Part shown: positions 1 through 9,715 of the stretch, in pieces
Layout: each line of letters begins with the position of its first letter
How positions within the stretch are numbered: position 1 is the stretch's first letter
DNA from: Eremomyces bilateralis CBS 781.70
Taxonomy: Eukaryota
Assembly (NCBI GenBank): GCA_010015585.1
Contig: ML975180.1
Reading direction: 5' to 3' (one strand)
DNA length: 21,676 nucleotides
Made by a program: the position numbers and the translations under genes
The notes under the pieces: model-generated
The model's input: only the letters and a program-made list of their open reading frames with translations
Database searches by the model: none
What the model was told of the DNA's origin: nothing

Positions 1-477
1 ATCTAAGAGGAATAAAGGGGGCAATGTGTGGTCATATATTAGATGCTACATTGGGCTTGTCGTCGCCCGATTGAGGTTGTTGATGATATACTGGAGTTGA
101 AAGGCTGGCCCGATAACAATGATTTAAATTCACGTGCATAAATAGTTGATTCTTCGCCAGTTTCCAATACTACAGGTAGGTGTCCAAGTATTTTACTTTG
201 AAATAAGTACCAACAGCTACCTATTATTAACTAAGATCCAGCATCAACAATGGTCACTGTATCTGGACTTTGTAGAGCTTGAGACTGTGGCTGTGTGGCA
301 GGGCTGGAGCCTGGAGACCAGAGATCGCTAATGCCTGACAGCCTTGTAGCCTGAGATCAAGGCACAGATGGAAAAATAGTCAGATGACTCCAGAAGTCCA
401 GACCGACGATACAGGTTGGTTTAATTAGTTGCCTTTGGTTAAGTTAGTTAGTAGACTGTAGATAAGTTAGCTACGTA

Positions 478-865
478 CTGGAGGGTTTCTGCCAGGAATT
501 ATGGGCACCTGGAAATTGCGTTTTGTGTAATATTCGACAGCGTAGCGCGTTTTATTTGCCCATACCCAGTTAGCCAACCTAACCGCTAGATATTAGTTCA
601 TAAGCCGGCTAAATGCAGAGAGTTGACCTGAAAACGATTTCCAGGACCTGAAAATTGTTTTCAGGTCAGGTTCGCCCGATTTCCAGCTCGTTAATTGGCT
701 GATCTGTTAGCGTACCGTATAATTACAGAAACAGAATCACGTGTGCTTATCACGTGCCTTAAATTTGAAAATAAAAGAGGTATAGCGGCACCGCTTAATC
801 AGCGGATTACAGCTGTCGAGCCTGATTTTCAGGTGTTCCACATATTCCTGGCAGAAACCCTCCAC
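478..865. mobile_element. Non-autonomous TIR element (MITE-like, ~388 bp), probably Tc1/mariner-pogo type
   Basis: Perfect 21-bp inverted repeat TGGAGGGTTTCTGCCAGGAAT (479-499) / ATTCCTGGCAGAAACCCTCCA (844-864), extending imperfectly inward to about 40 bp (CACCTGGAAAT vs CACCTGAAAAT). TA sits one base outside on both sides (476-477, 866-867). Internal copies of GACCTGAAAA at 625-634, 645-654 and inverted at 658-667. No ORF inside. The superfamily call is inferred only from the TA flanks. Confidence 0.72.
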
Positions 866-2445
866 TAACTCACTAATATTAACTTATTCAGTCTGGAACA
901 AGCCAAGCGTTTGGGATTTCCAGTTTTCACCTTCGTATCCCTCGGGCCCCGCGAGGTTCTTCTGGACTGAACTCCACGTCCAGCCATGGGAGGGTACGTA
1001 CCCTAACTTCGGGCGCCCTAGAATGCGACGGATGTGGAATGACGAATGGGGAGCATCGCGTACGCCGTCCGACAGCCCCGACGGCCGACGGCCCCCACAG
1101 CGACTGGGAATCCTAATGGTTATGCATTAACCACATTCGATTAGATACAAATCGGTCCGAGATGGAAGTGGGGCACAGTACGCACAATGCTGAGTCAGTC
1201 TGAACTCATCTTTGGCTGATTGTCAGTTGGTCACCATTCATCTTGGTCAATACACGAAGACTTGGCGGAAGCTAAGAAAGGTTGCATTAATGGAATCATA
1301 AGTCATAAAACTGTATGTTTGGTTTTAAGTTCTGACATCGAGAATAGTGATGGTGCCGATCCCAACATGTCTGATCGAGAAGAGCTGATGCGATCGCTCT
1401 TGGTGCTGATTCGTCAAACGTCTGCGGGCTCGGAAGAATCAACGAACTATGTCACCGTCAGGCGAGCGTCAGCAGTCAGATTTGACATTGCGTCTTCGAA
1501 GTTAGAAGTTCGACCATCCATATTATGTATGGTCCAGGTAGTGAGGTGAAATCGCGATGGCCCCCGCCAGGCGACACCTGTCCTTCAGAGTTCAGCATCT
1601 GGGGATCCTCAAAAATGTGAAGTCGATGATGTCTTGCAGCTTGCTTGCATCGAGAATAGAAGGGGAGATTCCCGGGCCCCAAGAGCCTCAATTGCGGGCG
1701 ATGCCACCACACCCGGAGCCCGGGCGTCCGGGATGGTTCGAAAATTAATATCGTCTCCCGCAGGCTGCGGTGCTACATAGGTCCTCCACTGCCCGGGGAG
1801 TTGGGACGGACATAACATCTAAATCTTGGGCCGTGAATTGGGATGCTGGAATCCTAATGGATCAGATTCTCGGGCTGTAGCATTCAGTCCTTTCAGGGAC
1901 CGCCCCAGTCCCACTTAACGTCGGATCTATCGCTGCCGAATTGCACAAGTAGCGGATCCAAGGGTAAACTAAGCGACTAGGTCGGAATTATACAGCAAAT
2001 GTGCAATCTCCAACAGGTCTGACCATGTTGGTCGAAATATCCAATGTCAACAAAAATTCCAGAACACTCTCTCTCCAGCGCGTCGGTCAGTTATCTTTCG
2101 ACTGACCCGACCACATTCGATCAAAAGATCTCCGTTTCGTTTGGTTCCGGCTTACATTTCGTCCTTTTGGCTTCTTTTCTTCTTTATTTCGATCCTTTGC
2201 CAGCTGCCGAACCATAAAAGGTTCAGTTCGCGAAGGACCCTCTCTGAGTAATTCAAAAGAACCGTGGGAGACCCTTTTATCCCGCGCCTGTCACCATCAC
2301 TTTGTCCCTGAGTGATGCCATTGCGCCTTGGATTCTTTTCGGCCTTCAATTCCTCCTCATCATAACTTCGTCCCTTCAATTCATGTATTAATTGGCTCGG
2401 CTTCCTTTCTCGAAATATATCCATTTTGTTGAAGTGATCGCTGCC

Positions 2446-5400
2446 ATGTTGGGCAATATTTCCATGGTCAGCGGTGCCACGGAGCAGAGGATGGGCGTCT
2501 CTACTCCAACTGGCACACATGCCAGACGACCGAGCGATGATGCGGTATCCACGACCCGGCGGGGGAGCTCAACGGGCAACCGACGACCGTCCTTCAAGTC
2601 CATTCGTTCCAGGCCAAGCCACGATGTTTCACGATATGCCCACGAATCGGCTATCGACGACGACGAAAAGCCCACGACACGTGGGGAGAGCGGGAAAAGC
2701 GGCAGCTCGCAGGCTGACCAAGAGCGGGAAGAGTATGTGCTGGGGTCGCAGGAGGAGATGGCCGCGCGAGATGAACATGTCCAGCAGCTCGCCCGCACTC
2801 TAACGCAGCAATCCACCTTCACCACCACGGGCAAGAATCCCTTCGCTCCGGAGGATCACCCGGAGCTCGACCCCCAGTCTAGCCAGTTCAACCCACGGGC
2901 ATGGACAAAGGCGATGATGCGTGTGCGCTTGGATGATCCGGAGTCTTTCCATCCCCGCACCGCAGGCGTCGCCTTCCGCAACCTCAACGTGCACGGCTTC
3001 GGCCAGGAGACGGATTACCAGCGCAGCGTCGGGAACGTCATTTTCGAGGCCGTCGGCATGGTCCGTTCGCTCCTGCGCCACGGGAAACGCAAGATCGATA
3101 TCCTACGCGACTTCGATGGCTTGGTGCGAAAGGGCGAGATGCTGGTGGTCCTGGGCCCTCCCGGATCTGGTTGTTCCACTCTGCTGAAGACCATCTCCGG
3201 CGAAACGCACGGTATCTACATCGGAGAGGATTCGTACCTGAACTACCAGGGCATCAACGCCCAGCAGATGCAGAAGAACTTCCGCGGCGAGGCCATTTAC
3301 ACCGCCGAAGTCGACGTTCACTTCCCCATGCTGAGCGTCGGAGATACCCTGACATTCGCGGCTCGCGCTCGTGCGCCTCGCAAAATACCAGGGGGCGTCT
3401 CGCTTAGCCAGTACTCGCAACATCTGAGAGACGTGATCATGGCGGTGTTCGGTATCAGCCACACCGTAAACACGCGCGTTGGTAACGATTTTATTCGCGG
3501 CGTGTCAGGAGGTGAACGGAAGCGAGTGACCATTGCGGAGGCTTCCCTGAGCGGTGCCCCGCTGCAATGTTGGGATAACAGCGTGAGTTTCTCCGGTCCC
3601 CCTGAGTAGCGTCGTACTAACCACTGAGCAGACCCGTGGCCTCGACAGTGCCAACGCCGTTGAATTCTGCAAGACGCTACGCATGAACTCCGACATCTCC
3701 GACACCACTGCCTGTGTGGCCATTTACCAGTCGCCCCAGAGCGCGTACGACACGTTCGACAAGGCCACCGTGCTCTACCGTGGCCGGCAGATCTACTTCG
3801 GGCCGTGCAACGAAGCTCGGAAGTATTTCGAAGATATGGGATTCCAATGCCCGGATCGGCAAACCACCCCCGACTTCTTGACCTCCATGACCAGTGCCGA
3901 GGAGCGTGTGGTGCAGCCCGGTTGGGAGGACCGTGTGCCACGCACGCCAGATGAATTCGCCGCGCGATGGAAGGAGAGCGAGGAGCGCAAGCGATTGTTG
4001 GCGGAGATCGATGAGTACGACAAAGAAAACCCGTTCGATGCGGAAAACTTGGAGAACTTCAAAAAGTCCCGACGAACCCAGCAAGCAAAGGCTCAGTAAG
4101 CTACCCTTCCGTCATCAGCCGATTTCCATTCTAACAGTTGCAGATCCGTCAAGTCTCCGTATACACTCTCGTATACGCAGCAGGTGTTACTTTGCGTGTG
4201 GCGCGGGATCCAGCGTCTGAAAGGAGATCCTAGCGTCACCATTTTCCAAATCTTCTTTAACAGTGTCCTGGCCCTGGTCATCGGAAGCGTGTTCTACAAT
4301 ATGAGTCCAAGCACCGACAGCTTCTTTCAACGTGGCGCCTTGCTTTTCTTCGCCGTGTTGATGAACGCGTTCGGTAGCGCGCTCGAGGTATGTCGCCCTG
4401 GCTGTCCCAGGAAAGTGCTTGCTAACGGTTGCAGATCTTGGTCCTCTACGCTCAACGCCCGATCGTGGAGAAGCACTCTCGCTACGCCTTCTATCACCCG
4501 TCCGCCGAGGCCTTTGCATCCATGCTCTGCGATATCCCGTACAAAGTGTGCAATTCGATTTTCTTCAACCTGGCAATGTATTTCTTGGCGAATCTGCGGC
4601 GCGAACCGGGACCCTTTTTCTTCCTTTGGTTCGTCTCGTTCATCTTGACGTTGTCCATGTCCATGCTCTTCCGCACAATCGCCTCCGTTTCCAGGACTCT
4701 TTCACAGGCGTTAGCGCCCGCTGCGATCCTCATCCTGGCCGTCATCATCTATACCGGTTTCGCGATCCCCATCACGTACATGCGAGGATGGGCCCGGTGG
4801 ATCAACTACATCAACCCCGTCGCGTATGGGTTCGAAAGTTTGATGATCAACGAATTCCACAATCGCGACTTTCCGTGCACGCTGTACCTTCCCATGGGCC
4901 CCGGGTATGAAAACGTGTCGCTCACCGAGAAGGTCTGCTCCTCGATCGGCTCGGTCCCAGGGCAAGATTTTGTCAACGGCGACGTGTACATCAACTCCGC
5001 GTTCCAATACTATCATGCCAACAAGTGGAGAAACGTGGGCATCCTGTGGGGCTTCATCATCGGTTTCATGATGTGCTACCTGGCCGCTACCGAATTCATC
5101 TCCTCCAAAAAGTCCAAAGGCGAAGTGCTTCTGTTCCCCCGCAATCATATCCCCGCCACTGCAAAGCGTGCCGAGGATGACCCCGAAGCCGGAAGCGAGC
5201 CCAACGCTGTCCTCGAACAGAGGCTGACCCATGATCCTGCGGATGTCATCCAACGACAGACTGCCGTGTTCCACTGGGAGGACATTTGCTACGATATCAA
5301 GATCAAGAACGAGGAGAGGCGCATTCTCAACCACGTGGATGGTTGGGTAAAGCCCGGGACGCTGACGGCCCTAATGGGTGTCAGTGGCGCCGGTAAAACC

Positions 5401-7388
5401 ACCCTTCTCGACGTTCTCGCCACGCGGACCACGATGGGCGTGATTTCCGGCGACGCCTTGGTCGACGGGCGCCAGCGTGACGCCTCCTTCCAGCGCAAGA
5501 CGGGCTACGTACAGCAACAGGATTTGCATCTGCCGACGTCGACCGTTCGCGAGGCGCTGACCTTCTCGGCGCTCCTCCGTCAGCCGGCCAAGGTTCCGAG
5601 GGAGGAGAAACTCGCATACGTCAACGAAGTCATCAAGCTCCTCGACATGCAGGAGTACGCCGACGCCGTCGTCGGCGTGCCCGGAGAGGGGTTGAACGTC
5701 GAGCAGCGCAAACGTCTGACCATCGGCGTCGAGCTCGCCGCGAAACCCGAGCTGCTTCTCTTCCTCGACGAGCCGACTTCGGGTCTGGACTCGCAGACGT
5801 CGTGGGCAGTGTGCGATCTAATGGAAAAGTTGACCAACGCCGGCCAAGCCATCCTGTGCACTATCCATCAACCCAGCGCCATGTTGTTCCAGCGGTTCGA
5901 TCGCCTCCTCTTCCTCGCGTCCGGTGGCCGTCCCGTGTACTTCGGCGAGATCGGGAAGAATTCGGAGAAGCTGCTCAGCTATTTCGAACGGAACGGTGCG
6001 TCGCCGTGCCCTCCCGATGCGAATCCAGCCGAGTACATGCTGGCAGTCACCGGCGCGGCGCCGGGTACCACTACGGACATCGACTGGCCCGAGACGTGGC
6101 GCAGTTCCCCAGAATACGACGAGGTCAAGGACGAGCTCGCGTCTCTGCGTGGTCTCCGGAGAACGAGCACGGCCGTAGCCAAGGCCACGGACGAGACATT
6201 TTATCACGAGTTCGCGGCGCCTTTCGGGGAACAATTCCGGCAGGTGCTGAGGCGCGTGTTCGAGCAGTACTGGCGCACGCCATCGTACATCTACTCCAAG
6301 CTCGGCCTGTGTCTCACGTCCGCCCTCTTCATCGGGTTCTCCTTCTTCCGCGCCGACAACACGCAACAAGGGCTGCAGAACCAGATGTTCGCCATCTTCA
6401 TGCTCATGAACCTCCTCCCCCAGCTCACGCAACAAATCATGCCCCACTTCGTCACCCAGCGTGCCCTGTATGAATCGCGCGAACGACCGTCCAAAGCGTA
6501 CAGTTGGAAAGCATTCATGCTGGCCAACATCCTCGTGGAAATCCCGTGGAACACCCTCATGGCCGGCATTATCTTCGTTTCCTGGTACTATCCGATCGGA
6601 ATGTACCGCAATGCCCAGTACGCCGATCAAACGGACGAGCGGGGTGCGATGATGTTCCTGTACATCTGGATATTCCTCCTATTCGCCAGTACGTTTGCGG
6701 ACCTGATCATCGCCGGCATCGAAGACGCCGAGGCAGGTGCCGGTCTTGCCAATCTGCTATTCTCTCTCTGCCTGATCTTCTGCGGGTAAGTCTCCATTCG
6801 CCCCTTGCTATGGTAGCTTGAACTGACCAACCCTCTAGTGTCCTCGCCTCCCCGGCTCAACTCCCGCGGTTCTGGATCTTCATGTATCGGGTGTCTCCGT
6901 TCACGTACCTTATCGACGGCTTGCTATCCGTCGGCGTCGCCAACACGTTCGTGACGTGCGCCGAGAACGAGTTACTTCACTTCGATCCTCCGTCCGGGCA
7001 GACGTGCGAGGAATACCTCGACCTGTTCAAGAAGGCCAACGGCGGTAACATCCTCAACCCGGGGGCGACCGCCGACTGCAGCTTCTGCGCGATCGACAGC
7101 ACCAACACGTTCCTGACGGGGGTGAGTAGCAGCTACGACCACCGGTGGCGCAACTTCGGGATCCTATGGGTGTACATCATCGTCAACGTCGCGGGCGCCC
7201 TCGGCTTGTACTGGCTCGCCCGCGTACCGAAGAAGGCGAAAACGGTAGAGAAGGATGAGCAGGAGATTTCGGAGAAGGAAGAGCGGAGGCTCTCGGAGAA
7301 GGCGGGGCGGAGGCTCTCGGAGAGAGTGGTAGAGCCGAAGACGGAGACGAAGGAGACGAAGGAGTTCACGGGGTCGACGTCCACCTGA
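2446..7388 (+). CDS. Full-size pleiotropic drug resistance (PDR/ABCG, Pdr5/Cdr1-type) ABC transporter, NBD-TMD-NBD-TMD, 1581 aa
   Basis: Exons 2446-3582, 3632-4095, 4144-4387, 4435-6785, 6839-7388 (4746 nt, in frame). Introns 3583-3631, 4096-4143, 4388-4434, 6786-6838 are all GT..AG with CTAAC/CTGAC branch sites. NBD1 has the degenerate Walker [10 protein letters not shown], signature VSGGERKRV and Walker B QCWDNSTRGLD (restored by splicing). NBD2 has [23 protein letters not shown] and [10 protein letters not shown]. Both TMDs have Cys-rich extracellular loops. Start taken at GCCATG 2446; a downstream ATG (2464 or 2491) is possible. Confidence 0.97.
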
Positions 7389-8861
7389 GCGTCAACACAG
7401 TGCGACAAGTATGCATAGGCCATCTGGACTGGGGTCCAATGGTCGGTAGTCTTTTGGTTGGAGTTGGTCGAGTCCCTGAGTGATAGGTGGATAATAGACG
7501 ACATTCCCCTTACTGGATTTCATATGTAAATAATAGAGCTGCGATACAGCGCAGAGAATCGGTTCTACACCATGTTTCTTAATGTCAACACGGGGGTACG
7601 GAATGTCCATTTCACATTCGTGACCAGTCCGTCCTATGCTCAGCAGTGTCACGCGAAGCCGACGTGGTGCAGATAATCACGGTTCATTCGTTTGGCAAGG
7701 CAAGGTGCATTGTCATCCTCGACCTCCAGAGCTCCTCAGGGTGGAAAACCAAGAGAGGGGGATAATAACAATAGGACTACGAGTTCAGCTAGAATAGTCG
7801 AAGAAGTGAAGATTCATTCTGATATATCAACCGTCTGGACGCACAATCTTGGTTCACTTGACATTAAATTCACAGCAACGGAGCCATTGGATCTAGTGGT
7901 TCATCCCAGCAGAGTGGAACATGGAATACTCCACTGGTGTGTTGAGTCCAAAGGCTACTTCACCTTTCCCAAGCATCGATTGCCCTCTGGAGTTACCTAA
8001 TAATAGGGTCCTCTATGCTAATTAGGTAGTAGGCAGTGGTGGAACCGTGGACGCATGGGCAGATGTCCCACGATCACGATCGTGACCGTGATGGAGGCAA
8101 AACGGATCAGTTAGTTACCTCCGCACCTTCACTCGGTACCGGTACTCGATTCCCAGAACCAAGTCCCACGATCATCGGCTGGCCCCAGGGTATTCGGGGA
8201 TTCCAGAATGGTTCGATGCGTCGCCGTACATGCTCCAGGTGCGTATCGGACCAGGAACCAAAACCAACCATCGGATCCGATGAACCACGAGCCTTTCTAT
8301 TGGGTCGTTCGTCTAGACATGTCCGAGAATTCTAGACCTGTAGACGTCAGAGATCAAATCCGATGGACGAGTGACCATGGCGGGATTCCAATATTCTTCG
8401 TTTTTCACATGTTTTTCATGTCGGGCGATGCCCGAAAGAGAAGTTGGGCTCGTGACTTGGCGTCAGACGGAGATCTTCCAAGGTTTCTAGAAGGATGCGA
8501 TACACACGTCGTGCAGTAAGTTCGTGGGTTCCGGCTATTCCGTTAAGTTGTGCCTGGTGGGCCGGTGGCAAACTGGACACAAGCGACAGGAGTTGGCAGC
8601 GACAAGAAAGCTGCCACTGCGACAGACAGACGAGGTATTCTTTTACATGATGAGAACTCGATTGTTGACTTCTCCGCAGCCCTATCGCCTAACCATATTA
8701 GACTGCCGAGATCGACTGGACGGGAAGGTGACGTCGCAACTCTCGAGCCCTCTGAGAGGGGCGAGAATCGATATGCATCACGCAGCCCGTCGTCCTTGGC
8801 TGTTGGGGTTGTCAATGTCTAATTTCCAGCGTCGCATCTTCTATCCGATGCCTATTCGAGG

Positions 8862-8945
8862 CTCCAGCATTACCCCAGTATTACTCCAGTATTACTCCAG
8901 TATTACTCCAGTATTACCCCAGTATTACTCCAGTATTACTCCAGT
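8862..8945. repeat. 11-bp minisatellite (C[T/C]CCAGTATTA), about 7.6 copies
   Basis: Tandem array read directly: ctccagcatta ccccagtatta (ctccagtatta)3 ccccagtatta ctccagtatta ctccagt. Confidence 0.95.
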
Positions 8946-9677
8946 CTCCTCCAGTCCACCACGGCTACGCCGCTGTAGCGCTGCACTATTATCGTGGATT
9001 CGCGTACCGATCAAATTGACTGCAGGTCCTGGGGCTACCGAAGTTCGATGAGGGTTCATTTCTTGGAGTTTAGACAGTTTAAGATAATAATAGTATCAGA
9101 AAATTCATACGGTACTGTGTAATCTGTAGACTGTGGCGCGTAGTGCTAACCATCGAGATACGTATTGGCATTGAAGCGTTCTGTGCGTCGTCCCCAACAA
9201 CCATTACCTGGTTTCTGGCCCTTGTTTGGCGCCTTGGATATATGCCAATGCCGGGAATTAGGAAATTTCGTCGGTCTCGGCCCACGAAAGACCACTCGGG
9301 AGGTTCATCCATAATCAAATACGAGAATATGGATCTTGACTCTATCCCCAAGCGATGATTGCGATTCTGGGCCCCACCGCGGACTGAGGGGCTGGAGCAT
9401 TGGAGGACGGTGCCGACGAACTCACATAATACCTTTCCATGTGGCGTGTCTTCGGTTCGAGCTTCAACAATACTTGAAAGACGATGCAGAATTGCAGACC
9501 TAACCGAAGAAGCATCGCGTGACCCATTCCCATTTCCTCATCTCGGCAAGGCCGGCGTACTCGAGTTAAACTCGGTCGTGGCGTCGCTAGCGAACGAACA
9601 GACCGATCCGTGGTCAGCATCGATCGGGAGAACTGAGAAGGAAGGGATCACGTCAGCCGCTATCATCAATTTGACGA

Positions 9678-9715
9678 CCAAGAGTCTACTGTCCAAGAGT
9701 CTACTGTCCAAGAGT
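9678..9715. repeat. 15-bp tandem repeat (CCAAGAGTCTACTGT), 2.5 perfect copies
   Basis: ccaagagtctactgt ccaagagtctactgt ccaagagt read directly. Confidence 0.9.

Noticed and set aside
1220..1549. ORF containing GADPNMSD (ankyrin-like word)
   Set aside because: Only a short match with no flanking TPLH-type helix and no ATG in a sensible position; indistinguishable from chance.
3151..3180. Non-canonical Walker A (GPPGSGCST, no Lys) as a sign of pseudogenisation
   Set aside because: This degeneracy is the normal hallmark of NBD1 in fungal PDR transporters.
8862..8945. Tandem array as a CRISPR or telomeric repeat
   Set aside because: No spacers, eukaryotic context, and the unit is unrelated to TTAGGG.
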